In this document: positions 12,401-28,075 of the stretch, in pieces
How positions within the stretch are numbered: the first letter of the stretch is position 1
Layout of the letters: every line of letters begins with the position of its first letter
Assembly (NCBI GenBank): GCA_964057225.1
Contig: OZ059900.1
Span: 806,001 to 870,000, forward strand
Direction of reading: 5' to 3'
Length of the DNA stretch: 64,000 nucleotides
From: Auanema rhodensis
Taxonomy: Eukaryota; Animalia; Nematoda
Program-made: the position numbers and the translations under genes
Notes under the pieces: generated by a model
Databases searched by the model: none
Seen by the model: only the letters and a program-made list of their open reading frames with translations
What the model was told of the DNA's origin: nothing

Positions 12401-15400
12401 CTTGTAAATTTTGATCATATTCGTTAAGATTCGAAAATCAAACACACAATACACGAAATAAGTTTATTTTTACAAGTTTGCACTGATATTTATTCATTTT
12501 GATCAAAAAAGGTCGAAAATAGAAAGAATTTTTGAAATTTCCGAGTTTTGAGTCTAATTTGGCTAAATCGCTCATATATATGATCAGAAGCATAGGTGTA
12601 TTGTCTATGACAACAAAAGTCATTAATTAAACACTAATGATGTTTAAATCACTAAATTTCACTCTAATAGCATTACTACACTAAGTATGGTCGTTTTTAT
12701 GACTTTAACACCATATACTCACCGATTTTTGGTACAAAATCTGTAATACTCGTAAATTTTGATCATATTCGTTAAGATTTGAGAATCAAACACACAATAC
12801 ACAATATCAGTCTATTTTTATGAGCTTGCACTGATATATATTCATTTTGATCAAAAAGGTCGAAAATAGAAAGAATTTTTGAAATTTCCGAGTTTTGAGT
12901 CCAATTTGGCTAAATCGCTCATATATATGATCAAAAGCATAGTTCTATTGTCTATAACAACAAAAGTCTTTAATTAAACGCTAGTGATGTTTTAATACTG
13001 AATTTTGCTCAAATAGCATTACTACACTAAGTATGGTCGTTTTTATGCCTTTAACACCATATACTCACCGATTTTTGGTACAAAATCTGTAATACTTGTA
13101 AATTTTGATCATATTCGTTAAGATTCGAAAATCAAACACACAATACACGAAATAAGTTTATTTTTACAAGTTTGCACTGATATTTATTCATTTTGATCAA
13201 AAAAGGTCGAAAATAGAAAGAATTTTTGAAATTTCCGAGTTTTGAGTCTAATTTGGCTAAATCGCTCATATATATGATCAGAAGCATAGGTGTATTGTCT
13301 ATGACAACAAAAGTCATTAATTAAACACTAATGATGTTTAAATCACTAAATTTCGCTCTAATAGCATTACTACACTAAGTATGGTCGTTTTTATGACTTT
13401 AACACCATATACTCACCGATTTTTGGTACAAAATCTGTAATACTCGTAAATTTTGATCATATTCGTTAAGATTTGAGAATCAAACACACAATATCAGTCT
13501 ATTTTTATGAGCTTGCACTGATATTTATTCATTTTGATCAAAAAAGGTCGAAAATAGAAAGAATTTTTGAAATTTCCGAGTTTTGAGTCTAATTTGGCTA
13601 AATCGCTCATTTATATGATCAAAAGCATAGTTTTATTGTCTATGACAACAAAAGTCATCAATTAAACGCTAGTGATGTTTAAATACTGAATTTCGCTCAA
13701 ATAGCATTACTACACTAAGTATGGTCGTTTTTATGCCTTTAACACCATATACTCACCGATTTTTGGTACAAAATCTGTAATACTCGTAAATTTTGATCAT
13801 ATTCGTTCAGATTTGAGAATCAAACATACAATACACAAAATGAGTCTATTTTTATGAGCTTGCACTGATATATATTCATTTTGATCAAAAAAGGTCGAAA
13901 ATAGAAAGAATTTTTGAAATTTCCGAGTTTTGAGTCTAATTTGGCTAAATCGCTCATTTATATGATCAGAAGCATAGTTTTATTGTCTATGACAACAAAA
14001 GTCATCAATTAAACGCTAGTGATGTTTAAATACTGATTTTCGCTCAAATAGCATTACTACACTAAGTATGGTCGTTTTTATGCCTTTAACACCATATACT
14101 CACCGATTTTTGGTACAAAATCTGTAATGCTTGTAAATTTTGATCATATTCGTTAAGATTCGAGAATCAAACACATAATACACGAAATAAGTCTAGTTTT
14201 ATGAGTTTGCACTGATATTTATTCATTTTGATCAAAAAAGGTCGAAAATAGAAAGAATTTTTGAATTTTCCGAGTTTTGAGTCCAATTGGGCTAAATCGC
14301 TCATATATATGATCAAAAGCATAGTTTTACTGTCTATGATAACAAAAGTCTTCAAATATACACTAATAATGTGTAAATCACTGAATTTCACTCAAATAGC
14401 ATTACTACACTAAGTATGGTCGTTTTTATGCCTTTAACACCATATACTCACCGATTTTTGGTACAAAATCTGTAATACTTGTAAATTTTGATCATATTCG
14501 TTAAGATTCGAGAATCAAACACATAATACACGAAATAAGTCTATTTTTATGAGTTTGCACTGATATTTATTCATTTTGATCAAAAAAGGTCGAAAATAGA
14601 AAGAATTTTTGAAATTTCCGAGTTTTGAGTCTAATTTGGCTAAATCGCTCATATATATGATCAGAAGCATAGTTTTATTGTCTATGACAACAAAAATCAT
14701 CAACTAAACGCTAGTGATGTTTAAATACTGATTTTCGCTCAAATAGCATTACTACACTAAGTATGGTCGTTTTTATGCCTTTAACACCATATACTCACCG
14801 ATTTTTGGTACAAAATCTGTAATACTCGTAAATTTTGATCATATTCGTTAAGATTTGAGAATCAAACATACAATACAAAAAATCAGTCTATTTTTATGAG
14901 CTTGCACTGATATATATTCATTTTGATCAAAAAAGGTCGAAAATAGAAAGAATTTTTGAAATTTCCCAGTTTTGAGTCCAATTTGGCTAAATCGCTCATA
15001 TATAAGATCAAAAGCATAGTTTTATTGTCTATAACAACAAAAGTCATCAATTAAACGCTAGTGATGTTTAAATACTGAATTTCGCTCAAATAGCATTACT
15101 ACACTAAGTATGGTCGTTTTTATGCCTTTAACACCATATACTCACCGATTTTTTGTACAAAATCTGTAATACTCGTAAATTTTGATCATATTCGTTAAGA
15201 TTCGAAAATCAAACACACAATACACGAAATAAGTTTATTTTTACAAGTTTGCACTGATATTTATTCATTTTGATCAAAAAAGGTCGAAAATAGAAAGAAT
15301 TTTTGAAATTTCCGAGTTTTGAGTCTAATTTGGCTAAATCGCTCATATATATGATCAGAAGCATAGGTGTATTGTCTATGACAACAAAAGTCATTAATTA

Positions 15401-15700
15401 AACACTAATGATGTTTAAATCACTAAATTTCGCTCTAATAGCATTACTACACTAAGTATGGTCGTTTTTATGACTTTAACACCATATACTCACCGATTTT
15501 TGGTACAAAATCTGTAATACTCGTAAATTTTGATCATATTCGTTAAGATTTGAGAATCAAACACACAATACACAATATCAGTCTATTTTTATGAGCTTGC
15601 ACTGATATATATTCATTTTGATCAAAAAGGTCGAAAATAGAAAGAATTTTTGAAATTTCCGAGTTTTGAGTCCAATTTGGCTAAATCGCTCATATATATG
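9500..15700. repeat. 8-mer HOR domain, 2771-bp period, including one 7-bp-deleted monomer
   Basis: ORF pairs 9667/12438/15209, 10361/13132, 11396/14167 and 11744/14515 are all +2771. An A5 variant of the A6 run occurs at 10082, 12853 and 15624. The 7-bp deletion is at ~10720 and ~13491. Confidence 0.92.
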
Positions 15701-17599
15701 ATCAGAAGCATAGGTGTATTGTCTATGACAACAAAAGTCATTAATTAAACACTAATGATGTTTAAATCACTAAATTTCGCTCTAATAGCATTACTACACT
15801 AAGTATGGTCGTTTTTATGACTTTAACACCATATACTCACCGATGTTTGGTACAAAATCTGTAATACTCGTAAATTTTGATCATATTCGTTAAGATTTGA
15901 GAATCAAACACACAATACACAATATCAGTCTATTTTTATGAGCTTGCACTGATATTTATTCATTTTGATCAAAAAAGGTCGAAAATAGAAAGAATTTTTG
16001 AAATTTCCGAGTTTTGAGTCTAATTTGGCTAAATCGCTCATTTATATGATCAAAAGCATAGTTTTATTGTCTATGACAACAAAAGTCATCAATTAAACGC
16101 TAGTGATGTTTAAATACTGAATTTCGCTCAAATAGCATTACTACACTAAGTATGGTCGTTTTTATGCCTTTAACACCATATACTCACCGATTTTTGGTAC
16201 AAAATCTGTAATACTTGTAAATTTTGATCATATACGTTAAGATTCGAGAATCAAACACATAATACACGAAATAAGTCTATTTTTTTGAGTTTGCACTGAT
16301 ATTTATTCATTTTGATCAAAAAAGGTCGAAAATAGAAAGAATTTTTGAAATTTCCGAGTTTTGAGTCTAATTTGGCTAAATCGCTCATATATATGATCAA
16401 AAGCATAGTTTTATTGTCTATGACAACAAAAGTCATCAATTAAACGCTAGTGAGGTTTTAAATACTGAATTTCGCTCAAATAGCATTACTACACTAAGTA
16501 TGGTCGTTTTTATGCCTTTAACACCATATACTCACCGATTTTTGGTACAAAATCTGTAATACTCGTAAATTTTGATCATATTCGTTAAGATTTGAGAATC
16601 AAACACACAATACACAATATCAGTCTATTTTTATGAGTTTACACTGATATTTATTCATTTTGATCAAAAAAGGTCGAAAATAGAAAGAATTTTTGAAATT
16701 TCCGAGTTTTGAGTCTAATTTGGCTAAATCGCTCATATATATGATCAGAAGCATAGTTTTATTGTCTATGACAACAAAAATCATCAACTAACCGCTAGTG
16801 ATGTTCAAATACTGATTTTCGCTCAAATAGCATTACTACACAAAGTATGGTCGTTTTTATGCCTTTAACACCATATACTCACCGATTTTTGGTACAAAAT
16901 CTGTAATACTCGTAAATTTTGATCATATTCGTTAAGATTTGAGAATCAAACATACAATACACAAAATCAGTCTATTTTTATGAGCTTGCACTGATATATA
17001 TTCATTTTGATCAAAAAAGGTCGAAAATAGAAAGAATTTTTGAAATTTCCGAGTTTTGAGTCTAATTTGGCTAAATCGCTCATATATATGATCAAAAGCA
17101 TAGTTTTACTGTCTATGATAACAAAAGTCTTCAAATATACACTAATAATGATTAAATCACTGAATTTCAGTCAAATAGCATTACTACACTAAGTATGGTC
17201 GTTTTTATGCCTTTAACACCATATACTCACCGATTTTTGGTACAAAATCTGTAATACTTGTAAATTTTGATCATATTTGTTAAGATTCGAGAATCAAACA
17301 CATAATACACGAAATAAGTCTATTTTTACAAGTTTGCACTGATATTTATTCATTTTGATCAAAAAAGGTCGAAAATAGAAAGAATTTTTGAAATTTCCGA
17401 GTTTTGAGTCCAATTTGGCTAAATCGCTCATATATAAGATCAAAAGCATAGTTTTATTGTCTATAACAACAAAAGTCATCAATTAAACGCTAGTGATATT
17501 TAAATACTGATTTTCGCTCAAGTAGCATTACTACACTAAGTATGGTCGTTTTTATGCCTTTAACACCATATACTCACCGATTTTTGGTACAAAATCTGT

Positions 17600-20500
17600 A
17601 ATACTTGTAAATTTTGATCATATTCGTTAAGATTTGAGAATCAAACATACAATACACAAAATCAGTCTATTTTTATGAGCTTGCACTGATATATATTCAT
17701 TTTGATCAAAAAAGGTCGAAAATAGAAAGAATTTTTGAAATTTCCGAGTTTTGAGTCTAATTTGGCTAAATCACTCATATATATGATCAGAAGCATAGTT
17801 TTATTGTCTATGACAACAAAAATCATCAATTAAACGCTAGTGATGTTTAAATACTGATTTTCGCTCAAATAGCATTACTACACTAAGTATGGTCGTTTTT
17901 ATGCCTTTAACACCATATACTCACCGATTTTTGGTACAAAATCTGTAATACTCGTAAAATTTGATCATATTTGTTAAGATTTGAGAATCAAACACACAAT
18001 ACACAAAATCAGTCTATTTTTATGAGTTTACACTGATATATATTCATTTTCATCAAAAAAGGTCGAAAATAGAAAGAATTTTTGAATTTTCCGAGTTTTG
18101 AGTCGAATTGGGCTAAATCGCTCATATATATGATCAAAAGCACAGTTTTACTGTCTATGATAACAAAAGTCTTCAAATATACACTAATAATGATTAAATC
18201 ACTGAATTTCACTCAAATAGCATTACTACACTAAGTATGGTCGTTTTTATGCCTTTAACACCATATACTCACCGATTTTTGGTACAAAATCTGTAATACT
18301 TGTAAATTTTGATCATATTTGTTAAGATTCGAGAATCAAACACATAATACAAAAAATAAGTCTATTTTTACAAGTTTGCACTGATATTTATTCATTTTGA
18401 TCAAAAAAGGTCGAAAATAGAAAGAATTTTTGAATTTTCCGAGTTTTGAGTCCAATTGGGCTAAATCGCTCATATATAAGATCAAAAGCATAGTTTTATT
18501 GTCTATAACAACAAAAGTCATCATTTAAACGCTAGTGATATTTAAATACTGATTTTCGCTCAAGTAGCATTACTACACTAAGTATGGTCGTTTTTATGCC
18601 TTTAACACCATATACTCACCGATTTTTGGTACAAATTCTGTAATACTTGTAAATTTTGATCATATTCGTTAAGATTTGAGAATCAAACATACAATACACA
18701 AAATCAGTCTATTTTTATGAGCTTGCACTGATATATATTCATTTTGATCAAAAAAGGTCGAAAATAGAAAGAATTTTTGAAATTTCCGAGTTTTGAGTCT
18801 AATTTGGCTAAATCGCTCATATATATGATCAGAAGCATAGTTTTATTGTCTATGACAACAAAAATCATCAATTAAACGCTAGTGATGTTTAAATACTGAT
18901 TTTCGCTCAAATAGCATTACTACACTAAGTATGGTCGTTTTTATGCCTTTAACACCATATACTCACCGATTTTTGGTACAAAATCTGTAATACTCGTAAA
19001 ATTTGATCATATTTGTTAAGATTTGAGAATCAAACACACAATACACAAAATCAGTCTATTTTTATGAGTTTACACTGATATATATTCATTTTCATCAAAA
19101 AAGGTCGAAAATAGAAAGAATTTTTGAATTTTCCGAGTTTTGAGTTGAATTGGGCTAAATCGCTCATATATATGATCAAAAGCACAATTTTACTGTCTAT
19201 GATAACAAAAGTCTTCAAATATACACTAATAATGATTAAATCACTGAATTTCACTCAAATAGCATTACTACACTAAGTATGGTCGTTTTTATGCCTTTAA
19301 CACCATATACTCACCGATTTTTGGTACAAAATCTGTAATACTTGTAAATTTTGATCATATTTGTTGAGATTCGAGAATCAAACACATAATACAAAAAATA
19401 AGTCTATTTTTACAAGTTTGCACTGATATTTATTCATTTTGATCAAAAAAGGTCGAAAATAGAAAGAATTTTTGAAATTTCCGAGTTTTGAGTCCAATTT
19501 GGCTAAATCGCTCATATATATGATCAAAAGCATAGTTTTATTGTCTATAACAACAAAAGTCATCAATTAAACGCTAGTGATGTTTAAATACTGAATTTCG
19601 CTCAAATAGCATTACTACACTAAGTATGGTCGTTTTTATGCCTTTAACACCATATACTCACCGATTTTTGGTACAAAATCTGTAATACTCGTAAATTTCG
19701 ATCATATTCGTTAAGATTTGAGAATCAAACATACAATACACAAAATCAGTCTATTTTTATGAGCTTGCACTGATATATATTCATTTTGATCAAAAAAGGT
19801 CGAAAATAGAAAGAATTTTTGAAATTTCCGAGTTTTGAGTCTAATTTGGCTAAATCGCTCATATATATGATCAGAAGCATAGTTTTATTGTCTATGACAA
19901 CAAAAGTCATCAATTAAACGCTAGTGATGTTTAAATACTGATTTTCGCTCAAATAGCATTACTACACTAAGTATGGTCGTTTTTATGCCTTTAACACCAT
20001 ATACTCACCGATTTTTGGTACAAAATCTGTGATACTCGTAAATTTTGATCATATTTGTTAAGATTTGAGAATCAAACACACAATACACAAAATCAGTCTA
20101 TTTTTATGAGTTTACACTGATATATATTCATTTTCATCAAAAAAGGTCGAAAATAGAAAGAATTTTTGAATTTTCCGAGTTTTGAGTCGAATTGGGCTAA
20201 ATCGCTCATATATATGATCAAAAGCACAGTTTTACTGTCTATGATAACAAAAGTCTTCAAATATACACTAATAATGATTAAATCACTGAATTTCACTCAA
20301 ATAGCATTACTACACTAAGTATGGTCGTTTTTATGCCTTTAACACCATATACTCACCGATTTTTGGTACAAAATCTGTAATACTCGTAAATTTCGATCAT
20401 ATTCGTTAAGATTTGAGAATCAAACATACAATACACAAAATCAGTCTATTTTTATGAGCTTGCACTGATATATATTCATTTTGATCAAAAAAGGTCGAAA

Positions 20501-22100
20501 ATAGAAAGAATTTTTGAAATTTCCGAGTTTTGAGTCTAATTTGGCTAAATCGCTCATATATATGATCAGAAGCATAGTTTTATTGTCTATGACAACAAAA
20601 GTCATCAATTAAACGCTAGTGATGTTTAAATACTGATTTTCGCTCAAATAGCATTACTACACTAAGTATGGTCGTTTTTATGCCTTTAACACCATATACT
20701 CACCGATTTTTGGTACAAAATCTGTGATACTCGTAAATTTTGATCATATTTGTTAAGATTTGAGAATCAAACACACAATACACAAAATCAGTCTATTTTT
20801 ATGAGTTTACACTGATATATATTCATTTTCATCAAAAAAGGTCGAAAATAGAAAGAATTTTTGAATTTTCCGAGTTTTGAGTCGAATTGGGCTAAATCGC
20901 TCATATATATGATCAAAAGCACAGTTTTACTGTCTATGATAACAAAAGTCTTCAAATATACACTAATAATGATTAAATCACTGAATTTCACTCAAATAGC
21001 ATTACTACACTAAGTATGGTCGTTTTTATGCCTTTAACACCATATACTCACCGATTTTTGGTACAAAATCTGTAATACTCGTAAATTTCGATCATATTCG
21101 TTAAGATTTGAGAATCAAACATACAATACACAAAATCAGTCTATTTTTATGAGCTTGCACTGATATATATTCATTTTGATCAAAAAAGGTCGAAAATAGA
21201 AAGAATTTTTGAAATTTCCGAGTTTTGAGTCTAATTTGGCTAAATCGCTCATATATATGATCAGAAGCATAGTTTTATTGTCTATGACAACAAAAATCAT
21301 CAATTAAACGCTAGTGATGTTTAAATACTGATTTTCGCTCAAATAGCATTACTACACAAAGTATGGTCGTTTTTATGCCTTTAACACCATATACTCACCG
21401 ATTTTTGGTACAAAATCTGTGATACTCGTAAATTTTGATCATATTTGTTAAGATTTGAGAATCAAACACACAATACACAAAATCAGTCTATTTTTATGAG
21501 TTTACACTGATATATATTCATTTTCATCAAAAAAGGTCGAAAATAGAAAGAATTTTTGAATTTTCCGAGTTTTGAGTCGAATTGGGCTAAATCGCTCATA
21601 TATATGATCAAAAGCACAGTTTTACTGTCTATGATAACAAAAGTCTTCAAATATACACTAATAATGATTAAATCACTGAATTTCACTCAAATAGCATTAC
21701 TACACTAAGTATGGTCGTTTTTATGCCTTTAACACCATATACTCACCGATTTTTGGTACAAAATCTGTAATACTTGTAAATTTTGATCATATTTGTTGAG
21801 ATTCGAGAATCAAACACATAATACAAAAAATAAGTCTATTTTTACAAGTTTGCACTGATATTTATTCATTTTGATCAAAAAAGGTCGAAAATAGAAAGAA
21901 TTTTTGAAATTTCCGAGTTTTGAGTCCAATTTGGCTAAATCGCTCATATATATGATCAAAAGCATAGTTTTATTGTCTATAACAACAAAAGTCATCAATT
22001 AAACGCTAGTGATGTTTAAATACTGAATTTCGCTCAAATAGCATTACTACACTAAGTATGGTCGTTTTTATGCCTTTAACACCATATACTCACCGATTTT
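17600..22100. repeat. 3-mer HOR (1042 bp) switching to 2-mer HOR (695 bp)
   Basis: CATC-marker monomers at 18009, 19051, 20093 (+1042), then 20788 and 21483 (+695). Confidence 0.88.
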
Positions 22101-25100
22101 TGGTACAAAATCTGTAATACTCGTAAATTTTGATCATATTCAGTGAGATTCGAGAATCAAACACACAATACACGAAATAAGTTTATTTTTACGAGTTTGC
22201 ACTGATATTTATTCATTTTGATCAAAAAAGGTCGAAAATAGAAAGAATTTTTGAAATTTCCGAGTTTTGAGTCTAATTTGGCTAAATCGCTCATATATAT
22301 GATCAGAAGCATAGTTTTATTGTCTATGACAACAAAAGTCATCAATTAAACGCTAGTGATGTTTAAATACTGAATTTCGCTCAAATAGCATTACTACACT
22401 AAGTATGGTCGTTTTTATGCCTTTAACACCATATACTCACCGATTTTTGGTACAAAATCTGTAATACTCGTAAATTTTGATCATATTCGGTGAGATTCGA
22501 GAATCAAACACACAATACACGAAATAGGTTTATTTTGACGAGTTTGAACTGGTATTTATTCATTTTGATCAAAAAAGGTCGAAAATAGAAAGAATTTTTG
22601 AATTTTCCGAGTTTTGAGTCCAATTGGGCTAAATCGCTCATATATATGATCAAAAGCATAGTTTTACTGTCTATGATAACAAAAGTCTTCAAATATACAC
22701 TAATAATGATTGAATCACTGAATTTCACTCAAATAGCATTACTACACTAAGTATGGTCGTTTTTATGCCTTTAACACCATATACTCACCGATTTTTGGTA
22801 CAAAATCTGTGATACTCGTAAATTTTGATCATATTCGGTGAGATTCGAGAATCGAACACACAATACACAAAATAAGTCTATTTTTACGAGTTTGCACTGA
22901 TATTTATTCATTTTGATCAAAAAAGGTCGAAAATAGAAAGAATTTTTGAAATTTCCGAGTTTTGAGTCTAATTTGGCTAAATCGCTCATATATATGATCA
23001 AAAGCATAGTTTTACTGTCTATGATAACAAAAGTCTTCAAATATACACTAATAATGTGTAAATCACTGAATTTCACTCAAATAGCTTTACTACACTAAGT
23101 ATGGTCGTTTTTATGCCTTTAACACCATATACTCACCGATTTTTGGTACAAAATCTGTAATACTCGTAAATTTTGATCATATTCGTTAAGATTTGAGAAT
23201 CAAACATACAATACACAAAATCAGTCTATTTTTATGAGCTTGCACTGATATATATTCATTTTGATCAAAAAAGGTCGAAAATAGAAAGAATTTTTGAATT
23301 TTCCGAGTTTTGAGTCCAATTGGGCTAAATCGCTCATATATATGATCAAAAGCATAGTTTCACTGTCTATGATAACAAAAGTCTTCAAATATACACTAGT
23401 AATGATTAAATCACTGAATTTCACTCAAATAGCTTTACTACACTAAGTATGGTCGTTTTTATGCCTTTAACACCATATACTCACCGATTTTTGGTACAAA
23501 ATCTGTAATACTCGTAAATTTCGATCATATCCGTTAAGATTCGAGAATCAAACACACAATACACGAAATAAGTTTATTTTTACGAGTTTGAACTGGTATT
23601 TATTCATTTTGATCAAAAAAGGTCGAAAATAGAAAGAATTTTTGAATTTTCCGAGTTTTGAGTCCAATTGGGCTAAATCGCTCATATATATGATCAAAAG
23701 CATAGTTTTACTGTCTATGATAACAAAAGTCTTCAAATATACACTAATAATGATTGAATCACTGAATTTCACTCAAATAGCATTACTACACTAAGTATGG
23801 TCGTTTTTATGCCTTTAACACCATATACTCACCGATTTTTGGTACAAAATCTGTGATACTCGTAAATTTTGATCATATTCGGTGAGATTCGAGAATCGAA
23901 CACACAATACACAAAATAAGTCTATTTTTACGAGTTTGCACTGATATTTATTCATTTTGATCAAAAAAGGTCGAAAATAGAAAGAATTTTTGAAATTTCC
24001 GAGTTTTGAGTCTAATTTGGCTAAATCGCTCATATATATGATCAAAAGCATAGTTTTACTGTCTATGATAACAAAAGTCTTCAAATATACACTAATAATG
24101 TGTAAATCACTGAATTTCACTCAAATAGCTTTACTACACTAAGTATGGTCGTTTTTATGCCTTTAACACCATATACTCACCGATTTTTGGTACAAAATCT
24201 GTAATACTCGTAAATTTCGATCATATCCGTTAAGATTCGAGAATCAAACACACAATACACGAAATAAGTTTATTTTTACGAGTTTGCACTGATATTTATT
24301 CATTTTGATCAAAAAAGGTCGAAAATAGAAAGAATTTTTGAATTTTCCGAGTTTTGAGTCAAATTTGGCTAAATCGCTCATATATATGATCAAAAGCATA
24401 GTTCTATTGTCTATAACAACAAAAGTCTTTAATTAAACGCTAGTGATGTTTTAATACTGAATTTTGCTCAAATAGCATTACTACACTAAGTATGGTCGTT
24501 TTTATGCCTTTAACACCATATACTCACCGATTTTTGGTACAAAATCTGTAATACTTGTAAATTTTGATCATATTCGTTAAGATTCGAAAATCAAACACAC
24601 AATACACGAAATAAGTTTATTTTTACAAGTTTGCACTGATATTTATTCATTTTGATCAAAAAAGGTCGAAACTAGAAAGAATTTTTGAAATTTCCGAGTT
24701 TTGAGTCTAATTTGGCTAAATCGCTCATATATATGATCAGAAGCATAGGTGTATTGTCTATGACAACAAAAGTCATTAATTAAACACTAATGATGTTTAA
24801 ATCACTAAATTTCGCTCTAATAGCATTACTACACTAAGTATGGTCGTTTTTATGAATTTAACACCATATACTCACCGATTTTTGGTACAAAATCTGTAAT
24901 ACTCGTAAATTTTGATCATATTCGTTAAGATTTGAGAATCAAACACACAATACACAATATCAGTCTATTTTTATGAGCTTGCACTGATATATATTCATTT
25001 TGATCAAAAAAGGTCGAAAATAGAAAGAATTTTTGAAATTTCCGAGTTTTGAGTCCAATTTGGCTAAATCGCTCATATATATGATCAAAAGCATAGTTCT

Positions 25101-27932
25101 ATTGTCTAAAACAACAAAAGTCTTTAATTAAACGCTAGTGATGTTTTAATACTGAATTTTGCTCAAATAGCATTACTACACTAAGTATGGTCGTTTTTAT
25201 GCCTTTAACACCATATACTCACCGATTTTTGGTACAAAATCTGTAATACTTGTAAATTTTGATCATATTCGTTAAGATTCGAAAATCAAACACACAATAC
25301 ACGAAATAAGTTTATTTTTACAAGTTTGCACTGATATTTATTCATTTTGATCAAAAAAGGTCGAAACTAGAAAGAATTTTTGAAATTTCCGAGTTTTGAG
25401 TCTAATTTGGCTAAATCGCTCATATATATGATCAAAAGCATAGTTTCACTGTCTATGATAACAAAAGTCTTCAAATATACACTAGTAATGATTAAATCAC
25501 TGAATTTCACTCAAATAGCATTACTACACTAAGTATGGTCGTTTTTATGCCTTTAACACCATATACTCACCGATTTTTGGTACAAAATCTGTAATACTTG
25601 TAAATTTTGATCATATTCGTTAAGATTTGAGAATCAAACACATAATACACGAAATAAGTAATTTTTTACAAGTTTGCACTGATATTTATTCATTTTGATC
25701 AAAAAAGGTCGAAAATAGAAAGAATTTTTGAAATTTCCGGGTTTTGAGTCCAATTTGGCTAAATCGCTCATATATATGATCAAAAGCATAGTTCTATTGT
25801 CTATAACAACAAAAGTCTTTAATTAAACGCTAGTGATGTTTTAATACTGAATTTTGCTCAAATAGCATTACTACACTAAGTATGGTCGTTTTTATGCCTT
25901 TAACACCATATACTCACCGATTTTTGGTACAAAATCTGTAATACTTGTAAATTTTGATCATATTCGTTAAGATTCGAAAATCAAACACACAATACACGAA
26001 ATAAGTTTATTTTTACAAGTTTGCACTGATATTTATTCATTTTGATCAAAAAAGGTCGAAAATAGAAAGAATTTTTGAAATTTCCGAGTTTTGAGTCTAA
26101 TTTGGCTAAATCGCTCATATATATGATCAGAAGCATAGGTGTATTGTCTATGACAACAAAAGTCATTAATTAAACACTAATGATGTTTAAATCACTAAAT
26201 TTCACTCTAATAGCATTACTACACTAAGTATGGTCGTTTTTATGACTTTAACACCATATACTCACCGATTTTTGGTACAAAATCTGTAATACTCGTAAAT
26301 TTTGATCATATTCGTTAAGATTTGAGAATCAAACACACAATACACAATATCAGTCTATTTTTATGAGCTTGCACTGATATATATTCATTTTGATCAAAAA
26401 GGTCGAAAATAGAAAGAATTTTTGAAATTTCCGAGTTTTGAGTCCAATTTGGCTAAATCGCTCATATATATGATCAAAAGCATAGTTCTATTGTCTATAA
26501 CAACAAAAGTCTTTAATTAAACGCTAGTGATGTTTTAATACTGAATTTTGCTCAAATAGCATTACTACACTAAGTATGGTCGTTTTTATGCCTTTAACAC
26601 CATATACTCACCGATTTTTGGTACAAAATCTGTAATACTTGTAAATTTTGATCATATTCGTTAAGATTCGAAAATCAAACACACAATACACGAAATAAGT
26701 TTATTTTTACAAGTTTGCACTGATATTTATTCATTTTGATCAAAAAAGGTCGAAAATAGAAAGAATTTTTGAAATTTCCGAGTTTTGAGTCTAATTTGGC
26801 TAAATCGCTCATATATATGATCAGAAGCATAGGTGTATTGTCTATGACAACAAAAGTCATTAATTAAACACTAATGATGTTTAAATCACTAAATTTCGCT
26901 CTAATAGCATTACTACACTAAGTATGGTCGTTTTTATGACTTTAACACCATATACTCACCGATTTTTGGTACAAAATCTGTAATACTCGTAAATTTTGAT
27001 CATATTCGTTAAGATTTGAGAATCAAACACACAATATCAGTCTATTTTTATGAGCTTGCACTGATATTTATTCATTTTGATCAAAAAAGGTCGAAAATAG
27101 AAAGAATTTTTGAAATTTCCGAGTTTTGAGTCTAATTTGGCTAAATCGCTCATTTATATGATCAAAAGCATAGTTTTATTGTCTATGACAACAAAAGTCA
27201 TCAATTAAACGCTAGTGATGTTTAAATACTGAATTTCGCTCAAATAGCATTACTACACTAAGTATGGTCGTTTTTATGCCTTTAACACCATATACTCACC
27301 GATTTTTGGTACAAAATCTGTAATACTCGTAAATTTTGATCATATTCGTTCAGATTTGAGAATCAAACATACAATACACAAAATGAGTCTATTTTTATGA
27401 GCTTGCACTGATATATATTCATTTTGATCAAAAAAGGTCGAAAATAGAAAGAATTTTTGAAATTTCCGAGTTTTGAGTCTAATTTGGCTAAATCGCTCAT
27501 TTATATGATCAGAAGCATAGTTTTATTGTCTATGACAACAAAAGTCATCAATTAAACGCTAGTGATGTTTAAATACTGATTTTCGCTCAAATAGCATTAC
27601 TACACTAAGTATGGTCGTTTTTATGCCTTTAACACCATACACTCACCGATTTTTGGTACAAAATCTGTAATGCTTGTAAATTTTGATCATATTCGTTAAG
27701 ATTCGAGAATCAAACACATAATACACGAAATAAGTCTAGTTTTATGAGTTTGCACTGATATTTATTCATTTTGATCAAAAAAGGTCGAAAATAGAAAGAA
27801 TTTTTGAATTTTCCGAGTTTTGAGTCCAATTGGGCTAAATCGCTCATATATATGATCAAAAGCATAGTTTTACTGTCTATGATAACAAAAGTCTTCAAAT
27901 ATACACTAATAATGTGTAAATCACTGAATTTC

Positions 27933-28075
27933 ACTCAAATAGCATTACTACACTAAGTATGGTCGTTTTTATGACTTTAACACCATATACTCACCGATTT
28001 TTACGACTCAAATAGCATTACTACACTAAGTATGGTCGTTTTTATGCCTTTAACACCATATACTCACCGATTTTT
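27933..28075 (+). repeat. 70-bp internal tandem duplication with 3-nt ACG filler, giving a 421-bp monomer
   Basis: ACTCAAATAGCATT...CACCGATTTTT at 27933-28002, ACG at 28003-28005, then the same block at 28006-28075. ORF spacing 27710>28131 is 421 = 348+73. Confidence 0.95.
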
